A stretch of DNA of 64,000 nt from Polyangiaceae bacterium (lineage in GTDB: Bacteria; Myxococcota_A; Polyangia; Polyangiales; Polyangiaceae): positions 128,001-192,000 of the forward strand of contig JBILLK010000014.1 in NCBI GenBank assembly GCA_044376115.1, read 5' to 3'. A model generated the notes under the pieces. That model was not told the origin of the DNA. It did no database searches and was given only the letters and a program-made list of their open reading frames with translations. The first letter of the stretch is position 1. Each line of letters starts with the position of its first letter. Positions 8,487-18,395 of the stretch are shown here, in pieces. Position numbers and translations under genes: made by a program.

Positions 8487-10897
8487 GCCGCATTCACAGC
8501 TGCTTGAGGCTTCTGCTGCTATGGGCGTTGCTCGGGCTACCAGCGCCTGCCCTCGCCGTCGGCGCTGCTACGCCACCGAACATCAAGCGCGACCTGAAGG
8601 ACGTCTTCGAGGACGAGGGCTACTCCTTTTGCCACGACGAATCAGGCGGGCTCTTCCCGTTGGACCACGAGTATTGCGAGCTGGTCGAGGAGACCAACGA
8701 CGTCTGCCCCGCGCTGCCCAAGGTCTGCAAGAACAAGCTCGATCCGAGCGTGCTGAAGAATCTCCCGCGCGGCCGGCTCCGCTTCGCCCGAGAGGGCAAA
8801 GACTACGGTCCCAAGTCCAACCAAGAGCCGAAGGACTACGCTGACTACTCACAGGATCGCGGCTCCCGCAGCGGAAGCAACGGGGGAGATGGGAAGTCTG
8901 GTTCAGGCGAGCAGGGTGCTGGCGACGAGGGCAAGACAGGTCGCAGTGGTAGCGGCAATCGCAGCGGCAGCAACGGGTCGAACAGCAAGAGCAGCGACCC
9001 CAAGGACAAAGACTCAGAGGACACGAAGGACAAGGACGCTGCGTCGGAGAAAGAACCCGAACCGCCGCCGGAGCCGGAGGTCGTCGAGGTGCCGACGTGG
9101 GTCGCGGTTTTGTTCCGCATCCTGTTCTACGCCATCGTGGCGGTCGTGCTCGGGCTCATCATTTATTACGTCGCGAAGAACCTGATCAAAGGTCGCGCGG
9201 AAGAGTCCGACGAGCCTGAAGGTGAGCCGAAAGCACCATCCGAAGAAGCTCCGGCCATACCGCGCGGCCCGATCGAAACAGACGTCGACAGACTATTGGC
9301 GAGAGCACGGGCGCTCGCGGCCGAAGGCAAGTACGAGCCCGCGATCGAAGCTGCGTATGCGGCGCTCTTGCGTCGGCTCGAGGGCGATGGCGTCATCGAC
9401 CTTCATCCCTCGCGAACCAACGGTGACTACGTGCGGTCCATCCGCGACCGCTCCGATCTCAGGTCCGCCTTACGAGAGATCGCCAATGACGTTGAGAGCG
9501 TTCAGTTCGGCGATAGCGAAGCCTCGCCCTCCATCTTCGACTCGATCTATCGGCGAGTGCTTCCGCTGGTTGGCCGCACCAGCGCTGTGCTCGCTGTGCT
9601 CATCTCATCCGCCTACTTATCATCGTGTGAAGCGCTGCCCGTCAGCGCTCCCGCGGAGCAAACGACACTCGCGGTTGGACAACCTCATATCGGAGGTTCT
9701 GCGCCTGCGGGCCTGTCGGCGCTCGTGCGGTTGCTTGAGAAGAACGACAAGACGGTCGACGTAAGGCGCCCGCGTCCGCGCGAGGAAAAGCTCGAGGACG
9801 AAGGCGTCATCGTCATTCTCCCAGGCACGCCGATCGACGATCCAACGTGGACGCGGCTTTACGAGTGGGTGCAAGTCAAAGGAGGCACGCTCGTCCTCGC
9901 GGGCTACCGCAGCGAGCTTCAGTCGGACCGAGTCGGCTTCACACCGGCCACGAGCAACGCGCCGATTCGACCCGCTGACCTCAGCCCGCTGTACCTCGAT
10001 ACGTCGCTGCAGCTTTCGGTACCGTATCTCGGCTCGCTCAGCATTCCGCAGTCACTGCCCGATCCCAAGCGGCCTTACTACACGCCGCCGCCAGGTCCGG
10101 TGCAGCCGATCCTCAAACGCAGCGACGGCTCCGTGTATGCCGCGGTCATTGAGAAGGGCGCAACGTACCCGAAGGGAAAGATCTACGCCTTCGCCGACGA
10201 TCGCTTGTTCGCAAACATCGCGCTCCCGCTCGGAGACAACGCAGCGTTCTTGGTCGCCTTCTTTCGTGCCCAACCCAGCGCGACGATCGAAATCTGGGAT
10301 GAACCGCAAGGCAAGCTGGGCGGCGACGGAACCATCCTTCCAGGAGAAGAGCCTGCACCGGGCGAAGGCAACGGCGGGGCCGAAAATCCGCTCGATTCGT
10401 TGGCCAAAGCGCACCTGCTGCCAATCATCCTGCAGCTGCTTGCGCTCGTGCTGCTTTACCTCCTTTACCGCGGCTCGCGCTTCGGAAAACCACGCGAACC
10501 GAAGGAGGCTTCACGTCGAGCCTACGCGGACCACTCGCGAGCCCTGGGCTTGATTTATGCGCGGGCCAACGCGAGTCGCCATGCGACTTCACTCTACTCG
10601 GTGTGGGCGCTCGACAGGCTTCGCGAGCGCTTCCTAAAAGGCGGTCGCAAAGGCCTCGCACCGTTGGCCGAGTCGATCGCAGCGAGCACGGGCCGCCCAC
10701 TCGGTGAGGTCATGAATGTCCTGGTCGAGGCCACAGGCGCCCGCGACGAGGTCGCGCCTCCGTCCTCCTATCGAGGCTCGGAGATGGCCCAACCGGGCCA
10801 TGCTCCTCCCCGAAGAACGTTCTGGGTCATGGAAGAACTTGAACGCTATCTGTCCACCACCAAAGGCAACCCCAAAAGAGGAAGAGGCTCCCGATGA
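8483..10897 (+). CDS. Membrane protein with DUF4129-like and DUF4350-like domains, signal peptide, small Cys-containing N-domain and low-complexity linker
   Basis: DUF4129-like ARALAAEGKYEPAI..Y..LLRRL..SRTNGDYV; DUF4350-like GLSALVRLLE..W...GGTLVLAG..LFAN..L..GDNAAFL, then TM and RFGKP; ATGA overlap with the previous gene. Confidence 0.75.
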   Translation: MSRIHSCLRLLLLWALLGLPAPALAVGAATPPNIKRDLKDVFEDEGYSFCHDESGGLFPLDHEYCELVEETNDVCPALPKVCKNKLDPSVLKNLPRGRLRFAREGKDYGPKSNQEPKDYADYSQDRGSRSGSNGGDGKSGSGEQGAGDEGKTGRSGSGNRSGSNGSNSKSSDPKDKDSEDTKDKDAASEKEPEPPPEPEVVEVPTWVAVLFRILFYAIVAVVLGLIIYYVAKNLIKGRAEESDEPEGEPKAPSEEAPAIPRGPIETDVDRLLARARALAAEGKYEPAIEAAYAALLRRLEGDGVIDLHPSRTNGDYVRSIRDRSDLRSALREIANDVESVQFGDSEASPSIFDSIYRRVLPLVGRTSAVLAVLISSAYLSSCEALPVSAPAEQTTLAVGQPHIGGSAPAGLSALVRLLEKNDKTVDVRRPRPREEKLEDEGVIVILPGTPIDDPTWTRLYEWVQVKGGTLVLAGYRSELQSDRVGFTPATSNAPIRPADLSPLYLDTSLQLSVPYLGSLSIPQSLPDPKRPYYTPPPGPVQPILKRSDGSVYAAVIEKGATYPKGKIYAFADDRLFANIALPLGDNAAFLVAFFRAQPSATIEIWDEPQGKLGGDGTILPGEEPAPGEGNGGAENPLDSLAKAHLLPIILQLLALVLLYLLYRGSRFGKPREPKEASRRAYADHSRALGLIYARANASRHATSLYSVWALDRLRERFLKGGRKGLAPLAESIAASTGRPLGEVMNVLVEATGARDEVAPPSSYRGSEMAQPGHAPPRRTFWVMEELERYLSTTKGNPKRGRGSR

Positions 10898-11883
10898 GCT
10901 ACTCCGGTGACCCGTCCAATCACGCCACCCAATTTCGCGATCAATTTCAGCTGCTGCGGCGTGAGACCGAGCGTGTGCTGCTCGGCCAAGAGGAGGTGGT
11001 CGCGCACACCTTGATCGCCATCCTTGCCGGCGGGCACGTGCTGATCGAGGGCGTCCCGGGCCTCGGCAAGACCTTGCTGGTGCGCACGCTGTCCCATGTT
11101 CTTGGCTGCGCCTTTCGACGCATTCAGTTCACGCCCGACCTGATGCCAAGCGACGTCACCGGCGGCAACATCTTCAACCAAAAGGAAGATCGCTTCGTCT
11201 TTCACCAGGGTCCGGTGTTCACCCAGCTGCTGCTCGCAGATGAAATCAACCGTGCTCCGGCCAAGACCCAGTCGTCGCTGCTGGAGGCCATGCAAGATCT
11301 CGCGGTCACGACCGACGGAACCACCCGGCCGTTGCCTGAACCCTTCTTCGTAATCGCCACGCAGAACCCGATTGAATCGCAGGGCACCTACCCGCTGCCA
11401 GAGGCCCAACTCGATCGCTTCTTGATGAAGCTGACGGTCAAGCACCCGCACCAACGCGTGGAGAAGGTCATGCTGCGGAACATTGCGCAGGGGTTTCAGC
11501 CCGCGAAGCTCGAGACGATGCAGCTCAATCGCATTGTCTCGGCCGAAGCAATCCAGGCGATGCGCCACCTGCTGTACAGCATTCGAGTGGATGACGGCAT
11601 CCTCGACTACATCACCGAGATCGTCGCCAAGAGCCGAACCCACCGCTCGATCTACCTGGGAGCTTCGCCGCGCGGGTCGATCGGGCTGCTCGCCGTCGCA
11701 CGGGCGCACGCGGCCTCGGAGGGGCGTACGTATGTGATCCCCGATGACGTCAAAGCGCTCGCTCCAGCGGTGCTCCGACATCGCATCATCCTGCACCCCG
11801 ACGCGGAGATCGAGGGCATCTCAGCCGACGACATCGTCGACGAGATCCTTCGTGAAGTGAAGGTTCCCCAGACCGCCGCGTGA
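10894..11883 (+). CDS. MoxR family AAA+ ATPase
   Basis: HVLIEGVPGLGKT (Walker A), RIQFTPDLMPSD, LLADEINRAPAKTQSSLLEAM, ATQNPIE..GTYPLPEAQLDRF, GASPR. Confidence 0.95.
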   Translation: MSYSGDPSNHATQFRDQFQLLRRETERVLLGQEEVVAHTLIAILAGGHVLIEGVPGLGKTLLVRTLSHVLGCAFRRIQFTPDLMPSDVTGGNIFNQKEDRFVFHQGPVFTQLLLADEINRAPAKTQSSLLEAMQDLAVTTDGTTRPLPEPFFVIATQNPIESQGTYPLPEAQLDRFLMKLTVKHPHQRVEKVMLRNIAQGFQPAKLETMQLNRIVSAEAIQAMRHLLYSIRVDDGILDYITEIVAKSRTHRSIYLGASPRGSIGLLAVARAHAASEGRTYVIPDDVKALAPAVLRHRIILHPDAEIEGISADDIVDEILREVKVPQTAA

Positions 11884-11895
11884 GGTCCGTCACGA

Positions 11896-13215
11896 ATGAT
11901 CCCCTCCCGCGCCTTCGTCATCATCGCCCTCGGGCCTGTGTTCCTCGCGATCGCCACGTTGGTCGACGAGACGCTGCTGCGCCCGATGCTTTGGGTGGAC
12001 GGGATTGTCGTCCTCTTGGCGGTGGTGGACGCCTTCCTCGCGCGCAAGCGACTGGTCGTGGTGGAACGCCGCGCGCCGCGGGTGATGTCGATCAACAAGC
12101 CCAATGGCGTGGTGCTCGAGTTGCGCTCGCTGGCCAAGCGGAAGCTCGTCGTTTGGGTGATGAATGATCTGTTCGAGTACGCGCAGGCCGACGAATTGCC
12201 GCTGCGAGTCGAGCTACCAGCCAGAGGCCGCGTATCGGAGAAGTACCGCGTCGTGCCGACTCGCCGCGGCGCCTACTCTCTCGGCAACCATACGGTTCGC
12301 TACAGCTCGCCGCTCGGTCTGTGGATCCGCGAGCTCGTCATCCCGGCGGAAACGCCCATTCGCGTGTACCCCGACATTCAGCAGGTGCGCGCTTACGAGT
12401 TGAGCGCCAAGAAAGACTTCGCGGTCTCCGGCGTACGAGCAACGAGGAAGCGCGGCGGTGAAAGCGAGTTCGAGCGGCTGCGAGAATACCGTCGGGGCGA
12501 TGAGTTTCGCTCGATCGATTGGAAAGCGACGGCACGCAACAGCAAGCTGATCTCCCGCGAGTATCAGATGGAGCGCAATCAGAACGTGCTCTTCCTACTC
12601 GATGCTGGTCGCTTGATGACCGCCGAGACCAATGGCCTGAGCCTCTTCGACCATGCGATTAACGCCACCCTGATGCTCTCGCACGTGGCCGCACGAGGTG
12701 GAGACCACGTGGGCCTGGTAGCTTTCAGCGACACCGTTAAGAGCCACGCGCCGTGCCTTGGTGGTCCCCAGACAACCGCTCGTATCGTGCAGGCCGCCTA
12801 TCACCTGCATCCGGAACTCACTGAGACCAACTTCAACGCTGCGGTCGAGCACGTGGGAACTCGCGTGAAGAAGCGCACGCTCGTCGTGGTGTTCACCCAA
12901 ATCATGGATGAAGTGGCGGCCAAAGAGTTGTTGCGACTACTGCGGGGGCTGCTGCCCAAGCACCTACCGTTGTTCATCCCGCTACGCGATGTTGAACTCG
13001 AGACCCTTGCACAAGGCGGTGGCGCACAGGCTGGCGAAAGCGACCATGCTCGACCGTACATTCGCGCTGCGGCCGCCGAGCTCATCAGCTTTCATGACCG
13101 TTTGTTGCGGGACCTCAGGAAGCATGGGGCCCTCGTGATCGATACGAGCCCAATGGATCTCACGCCTGCGCTGATCAACCGCTACCTCGAGATCAAGGCG
13201 CGACAACTGCTGTAG
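11896..13215 (+). CDS. DUF58 / vWA-like MoxR partner protein with N-terminal TM helices
   Basis: EFERLREYRRGDEFRSIDWKATAR and REYQMERNQ DUF58 signature; ends INRYLEIKARQLL. Confidence 0.9.
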   Translation: MIPSRAFVIIALGPVFLAIATLVDETLLRPMLWVDGIVVLLAVVDAFLARKRLVVVERRAPRVMSINKPNGVVLELRSLAKRKLVVWVMNDLFEYAQADELPLRVELPARGRVSEKYRVVPTRRGAYSLGNHTVRYSSPLGLWIRELVIPAETPIRVYPDIQQVRAYELSAKKDFAVSGVRATRKRGGESEFERLREYRRGDEFRSIDWKATARNSKLISREYQMERNQNVLFLLDAGRLMTAETNGLSLFDHAINATLMLSHVAARGGDHVGLVAFSDTVKSHAPCLGGPQTTARIVQAAYHLHPELTETNFNAAVEHVGTRVKKRTLVVVFTQIMDEVAAKELLRLLRGLLPKHLPLFIPLRDVELETLAQGGGAQAGESDHARPYIRAAAAELISFHDRLLRDLRKHGALVIDTSPMDLTPALINRYLEIKARQLL

Positions 13216-13236
13216 CAGCGGTTCAACGAAGGCGAC

Positions 13237-13272
13237 AAAAGCAAAAACGGCCGAGGACCTTCGTCCTCGGCC
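13237..13272 (-). terminator. Intrinsic terminator downstream of tssC, between convergent tssC and DUF58 genes
   Basis: Perfect 10-bp stem GGCCGAGGAC (13249-13258) / GTCCTCGGCC (13263-13272), followed on the minus strand by GTTTTTGCTTTT. Confidence 0.8.
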
Positions 13273-13314
13273 ACATTCGCTTGGACAAGGCATAGCGCCC
13301 TGCCCAATCCGCGA

Positions 13315-14799
13315 TCACTCCTTGTCGAGCTTGCCGACGAGGCTGAGCGTGAAGAACGCACCCATGTACTTGAAGTGCGGGCGAACCTGCATATCGACCT
13401 TGTACCAGCCAGCGTTGCCGGGAACCTCGGTCACGATGATGCGGGCTTGACGAAGCGGCCGACGGCTTCGGATGGCCGGGCTCACGACGTCCTGATCGGC
13501 GACGTACTGGTTGATCCAGTCGTTGAGCTCGTTCTCGAGATCAGCGCGCTCTTTCCAGGTACCGATTTGCTCACGCTGAAGGACCTTCAGGTAGTGCGCA
13601 ATGCGGTTCATGATGAACATGTACGGCAGCTGCGTTCCGAGCCTGTAGTTGAGCTCTGCAGCTCGGCCCTCTTCGCTCTGGCCGAAGTACTTCGGCTTCT
13701 GAACGGAGTTGGCCGAGAAGAAGCAGGCGTTGTCCGAGTCCTTACGGTAGGTGAGAGCGATGAAGCCCTCCTCCGAAAGCTCGTACTCACGACGCTCAGT
13801 GATCATGATCTCGGTCGGGATCTTGGTCTGGATCTCACCCATCGCTTCGTACTGGTGAAGCGGGAGGTTCTCTACCGAGCCACCGGCCTGCGGACCGATG
13901 ATGTTCGGGCACCAACGGAACTTGGCGAACGAGTCCGCAATGCGCGAGGCAAACGCGTAGGTGGCGTTGCCCCAGAGGTAGGCGTCGTGCTTGCCGATGA
14001 CGTCTTCTTCGTAGTTGAAGCCTTTGACCGGAACCGTGTTGGCGCCGTAGGGCAGACGAAGCAGGAAGCGCGGCAACAACAGACCCATGTAGCGGGCGTC
14101 TTCCGTCTCACGGAAGGACTGCCACTTGGTGTACTGGGGCCCTTCGAACACGGCTCGAAGATCCTTGAGGTTCGGCAGACCACCGTAGTCCTTGAGACCG
14201 AAGAACTGGGCACCGGCCGCCGCGAAGAACGGCGCGTGCGACATGGCCGCAACGCTCGCGCACTTCTGCAGCAACATGATGTCTTGAGGGCCCGGACCGA
14301 AGTCGTAGTTCGACACGATCGCGGCGTAGGGGCGACCACCGAACTGACCGTACTCAGCCGAGTAAACCAGCTTGTAGAGGCCGCTCTTCGGAACCTCGGG
14401 TGCGTCCTCGAAGTCCGCGAGTAGATCTTCCTTCGAGCAATTGACGACCTCGACCTTGATGTTCTCGCGGAAGTCGCAGCGGTCGACGAGGAACTTGAGT
14501 CCGCGCCAGGCCGACTCGAGCTTCTGGAACTGTGCGTGGTGAATGATCTCGTCGAGCTGACGAGAAAGCTTCTGATCGATCTCAGCGATCAGCGCGTCAA
14601 CGAAGGCCTTATCAACTCGCTCGCCCTCGCGCTTGGGAGTGATGAGCTCAGCGATGAGAGCTTGAACGCCCTTCTTCGCAACGTCGTAGCCTTCATTGCC
14701 CGGCGCTTGCTTCGCCTCTGCAAGGATTTCATCGAGGAGGGATGCCCCCTCAAGGGACTGCCCGGCCGAACCGCCTTGGGCCTGCGTTTCCGATGCCAT
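13315..14799 (-). CDS. tssC: T6SS contractile sheath large subunit
   Basis: IDQKLSRQLDEIIHH, EYGQFGGRPY, AAMSHAPF, PRFLLRLPYG, IPTEIMITERREYELSEEGFI, RPHFKYMG. Confidence 0.97.
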   Translation of the reverse strand: MASETQAQGGSAGQSLEGASLLDEILAEAKQAPGNEGYDVAKKGVQALIAELITPKREGERVDKAFVDALIAEIDQKLSRQLDEIIHHAQFQKLESAWRGLKFLVDRCDFRENIKVEVVNCSKEDLLADFEDAPEVPKSGLYKLVYSAEYGQFGGRPYAAIVSNYDFGPGPQDIMLLQKCASVAAMSHAPFFAAAGAQFFGLKDYGGLPNLKDLRAVFEGPQYTKWQSFRETEDARYMGLLLPRFLLRLPYGANTVPVKGFNYEEDVIGKHDAYLWGNATYAFASRIADSFAKFRWCPNIIGPQAGGSVENLPLHQYEAMGEIQTKIPTEIMITERREYELSEEGFIALTYRKDSDNACFFSANSVQKPKYFGQSEEGRAAELNYRLGTQLPYMFIMNRIAHYLKVLQREQIGTWKERADLENELNDWINQYVADQDVVSPAIRSRRPLRQARIIVTEVPGNAGWYKVDMQVRPHFKYMGAFFTLSLVGKLDKE

Positions 14800-14802
14800 C
14801 GA

Positions 14803-15294
14803 TCACTCCCCCTCTTTCGTGAGGCCAAGCTCGCCGATGAGCTTGTTACGCTGCGCAGGGTCGCTGAGAATTCCCTGAATCTTGTTACGGAAGGCCTTCT
14901 CGTTACCGAGCGGGCCTTTGAGTGCAGTGAGTGCTGCACGAAGCTCGAGCAGCTTCTTCAACTCAGGAACCTGGTTAGCCACAGCCTCGGGCTCCATGTC
15001 CGAGAGACGACGGAACTTCAGGTTGACCGACAGCTCGTCATCAGGGTTCTCCCCCAAGGCGTTCTTCACGTTGAGGTTCAGGTTGAGCTTCTGCTCCGCC
15101 ATGACCTTGGAGAAGTTGTCCTTGTCGATGCTGATCGGTTTGCGATCCTCGAGTGGACGCGGGTCCGGCCTCATTGCGTAGTCGCCAAGCATGAGCAGTT
15201 TAAGCGGCAGCTCGACTTCTTCCTTCGCATCGCCGATGGCCGGCTTGTAGGTGATGTTCACCCTCTCCTTCGGCGCGACACTTCCCTCTTTCAT
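14803..15294 (-). CDS. tssB: T6SS contractile sheath small subunit
   Basis: SVAPKERVNITY, ELPLKLLMLGDY, IDKDNF, QVPELKKLLELR; SD AAGGAG upstream; 3 bp from tssC. Confidence 0.97.
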   Translation of the reverse strand: MKEGSVAPKERVNITYKPAIGDAKEEVELPLKLLMLGDYAMRPDPRPLEDRKPISIDKDNFSKVMAEQKLNLNLNVKNALGENPDDELSVNLKFRRLSDMEPEAVANQVPELKKLLELRAALTALKGPLGNEKAFRNKIQGILSDPAQRNKLIGELGLTKEGE

Positions 15295-15557
15295 CGCTGA
15301 CAGCTCCTTTCCCGGACAATAACTTCTCGGCGACCGCTATCGAAACTGCGAGTGGGCGCCTGAACCTAGAAACTCACTGGGTCTGAAACTCTGCTAGCGC
15401 GAGAGTTCTGAACCCCGAATACCCGACACGATCGATGTTGATTCAAACCGGTCGGGAGCCGCCGCATAAGATACGGAAGCGTCCGACCTCAAGGAAGAGC
15501 GAAATGAACGTGCGACGAATTGCTTTTCATCGCGGTCGCCCGTCTCCCCTTTCGCCC

Positions 15558-17237
15558 TCAGCCTTGCGTCTCTTGACCGAGGCGTAGGGCAAGCGCGGCA
15601 TCCAACTCACACACCTTCTGAAAGGTGCGAGCTGATTCTTTGGCAAGGGTCCCATCATCGGTTCCCATTCCAAGCTGCATCCGCTGAGCGCGGTACAAGT
15701 TGGCGTATAGGTCCGCCGCAAGCTCTGGGTCCCAAAGCGCCACTTTATGCTCGTCCGCGATTCGCTCTAGCGAATCGAGCTGCGCCTTGGCGACCTCCAG
15801 CAGTTGCAGCTTCAGCGCAACCTTCGCGATCTCCAGCCTCGCTTTGAAGCGCTGACCACCTGAACTAGCTTGCCCGGCCGCTCGCGAAAGCATGCCAATA
15901 GCGTCGTTGCCACGCTCTTGTGCGACGAGCTTGGCGGCCTCCGCGATGGCCTTGTCCACCGGCGTCCGCGCTCCCCCGCCACCTCCACCGCCCGCGGCCA
16001 AGCCTTGCAACCACGACTTCGTTTCCTCGCTTGCCATCGGTACACCGTTGGCAAACGAGAGTTGGGGTAGCTCGGGGGCACGCGCTAGGAGAGCGGCTAC
16101 CTCTCGCTGCACAGCCGTTCGAGCAGCGTCATAGTCGGAGCCAAGCCCTTCGAGCGCAGTGACGATGGCTCGCGAAGCATCGAGGAACAAGGGGAATTCA
16201 GCAGCGTTCTGCAACGCCGTGCTGAGCAGCGTGGACCAATCTTGTGCGGCCGCGAGCTCCACGAGAGCCGCCGGAACATGTTCATACGGCCCGTCAAATT
16301 GGGTTCGCCCACCCTCGTTGTACGGAGTGCCGCCAATCAGCAGCCAACCTGCGACTCGCTGCAGGCGAAAGCCGTCAGCGCTGGTCGGCGTTGCTTCCAA
16401 GAATACTTCGGCGGCTCGGGCCAACAGCGGTGCGCTCTCAGCGAGCGCTCGAGAAGCCGACTCCGCGTCCACGATGTCCAACGGCGAGAAGCCGCCGCCG
16501 CTTACCGCCGCATACGCAGCCGAAGGATCGTAGGAAGGATCAGCCGGCGGTGGCTCGGTGTTGGAGCCATCATTCGAGTAACTCGCAGCAGCAGGTGCCG
16601 CGGCTGGAGCGGCAACACGCGGAGCAGGCGGAGGCGGCGGTGGTGGCGGTGGCGGTGGTGGCGGAGCATCCGCAGGAACGCGGCGTTCTAAGTTGGCGAT
16701 CGCCTCGCGTAACCCGAGCATTCCCGAGTACGCGTCCCCCAATTTGTCGGCGAGCATGCCGTCGAGTTCTCGAAACTGACGGTTGAGGGCCTGCACCTTG
16801 AACCGATCACCTGCGACAGGAGTTAGCCCTTGAACCACCGGCCCCACGACGTCGGAGTACCAACCGCACAGAAGACCGCGAGCGCGCGGCCGCTTGAGCG
16901 CCGGGTACATCGGCTCCCAGAAGGCGTTGCAAAGTTCATTCAGGAGAACCACTCCGTCCAGAACGCTCTGAATCGTCTTCAGCTGAGCAGTTCCGGCGCC
17001 GTAGTAGAGCGCAACTCGGAAGTCCTTCGACTTCTCTGCAAGCAGTGTCTCGGAGTTTGACCGAACGACCGACCAGTCGGTAGCTCCACCTTCCAACGCG
17101 TTGACCTTGTCGATCTCGGTCTTGATCGCTTCGAACGCCTCGTCATACGAAGCGTCTTCACCAACGCCGCCGTTTACGGGAGCAAGCAGACCTTCGATTC
17201 GCGCTTTTGCTTCGTTGACTGCGTCTTCTGCACTCAT
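15558..17237 (-). CDS. tssA: T6SS TssA (long form: ImpA_N domain, poly-Pro linker, VasJ-like middle/C-terminal region)
   Basis: GEDASYDEAFEAIKTEIDK, DW..V, LLAEKSKDFRVA, FWEPMYP; C-terminal RFKARLE..WDPELA. Confidence 0.88.
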   Translation of the reverse strand: MSAEDAVNEAKARIEGLLAPVNGGVGEDASYDEAFEAIKTEIDKVNALEGGATDWSVVRSNSETLLAEKSKDFRVALYYGAGTAQLKTIQSVLDGVVLLNELCNAFWEPMYPALKRPRARGLLCGWYSDVVGPVVQGLTPVAGDRFKVQALNRQFRELDGMLADKLGDAYSGMLGLREAIANLERRVPADAPPPPPPPPPPPPPAPRVAAPAAAPAAASYSNDGSNTEPPPADPSYDPSAAYAAVSGGGFSPLDIVDAESASRALAESAPLLARAAEVFLEATPTSADGFRLQRVAGWLLIGGTPYNEGGRTQFDGPYEHVPAALVELAAAQDWSTLLSTALQNAAEFPLFLDASRAIVTALEGLGSDYDAARTAVQREVAALLARAPELPQLSFANGVPMASEETKSWLQGLAAGGGGGGGARTPVDKAIAEAAKLVAQERGNDAIGMLSRAAGQASSGGQRFKARLEIAKVALKLQLLEVAKAQLDSLERIADEHKVALWDPELAADLYANLYRAQRMQLGMGTDDGTLAKESARTFQKVCELDAALALRLGQETQG

Positions 17238-17322
17238 GCTTCTCGTCGCCTTGGCAATGAAGTGTCGTGGGTTGTAGCGCTACGCACGGGAGGGCCTCCG
17301 CTTCACGGTGGCAACCCAATAC

Positions 17323-18294
17323 TCAGTCGAGCGTGCGCAGGAAGTTAGCGATCGGCATGTCGGTATTGGACACGGCAGTATCGAGTTCTGCGCTGAGACG
17401 AGCGCGAGCAGCCTTCTCGTCGCAGGTCGGCAACCCGCAAAGTTCTGCAACGTGGTCCGCCGAGCCGGTAGGCGCCAAGATCTCACGCAGAGAACTCACA
17501 TGCGGCGTTCCAAGATGGATCAACGCCGTTTGTTGAGGAACCCAGAACGTGTTGGGCACGGTCGCCTTCCACTTTGCGAGACGCAGGACCAAATCGATCC
17601 ACACCGCGGTGGCATAGGCGTCTCCCGCGCCAATCGGAAGGCGGAGCGCGAGACCTGTTTGGGGCAGCTCCTGCCCGCGAAACGGTTCAACCGACTCGGC
17701 AACATTGGAAAGCACCCAAAACCGACTGGAGTCACTGCCAAAGCCAGTCTCCCACAGGGCCTTCATGGTGTTTTCTTGAAGCCACTTTCGATAGCCCGCA
17801 GTGCTGCCCTCGACGTCATCCAACGAAGGAGCCTGGAGCCGGGCAACACGCTCGAGAAAGGCCTGTACTGGCCACGTTCGCCCTTGCGTAGCGAGCTCGT
17901 AAGCACCGGTCAGAAACTTCCACAGCGCGATGGGAATCGCACCGCCCAAACTCGCCAGTTGCCCGTAGTCATAGGAGGCGAAGACCACCATCGGGTAGAG
18001 TCGACCCGCACCGTCGCCACTGGCTGCCCACGCCCCGACGAGTGCGCGAGCGGGCCCTTCCTCCCCTTTGGCGTCCCCTCGGAAAATGAAGAGGCCAACC
18101 GAACGTTGGTACGCCTCCTCAAAACCTTGGCCGAGTGCTCGTTGGGCGAAGTCCATCGAGCCGCCGAGCCATCGGTCGAAGGCCGCGAGTTCATCACCGC
18201 CAGCGTTGTGACGAATGAAGTCCCCGGTGGAGGGCAGCTTGCCGAAGCACCCGACGAGCGGCGGGCCAGAACTCTTTTTCTTGCGCCAAAACAT
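17323..18294 (-). CDS. tagF: T6SS-associated regulator TagF
   Basis: GCFGKLPSTGDFIR and SGDGAGRLYP TagF signature; canonical position after tssM. Start trimmed to ATG 18294. Confidence 0.9.
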   Translation of the reverse strand: MFWRKKKSSGPPLVGCFGKLPSTGDFIRHNAGGDELAAFDRWLGGSMDFAQRALGQGFEEAYQRSVGLFIFRGDAKGEEGPARALVGAWAASGDGAGRLYPMVVFASYDYGQLASLGGAIPIALWKFLTGAYELATQGRTWPVQAFLERVARLQAPSLDDVEGSTAGYRKWLQENTMKALWETGFGSDSSRFWVLSNVAESVEPFRGQELPQTGLALRLPIGAGDAYATAVWIDLVLRLAKWKATVPNTFWVPQQTALIHLGTPHVSSLREILAPTGSADHVAELCGLPTCDEKAARARLSAELDTAVSNTDMPIANFLRTLD

Positions 18295-18395
18295 CGGAGA
18301 GGCCCCCGAGGCTACACCAACAGCCCAGAATTGAGACACAAAACGTGGACGCCCTCCAACCAGGGAGGGCGCCTCGGATTCTCAGCTTTTCGGGC

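Noticed and set aside
13375..14424. 349-aa plus-strand ORF (likewise 14536-15300, 17308-18399, 18345-20018, 23733-24752, 25579-26673, 26695-27558)
   Set aside because: All lie antisense to well-supported T6SS genes and lack recognisable motifs; not hidden effectors.
15295..15557. GAAACT/GAACC motifs and a weak promoter-like TTCCTT-N17-TATCTT upstream of tssB
   Set aside because: Irregular spacing and poor consensus; an internal promoter is plausible but cannot be supported from sequence alone.
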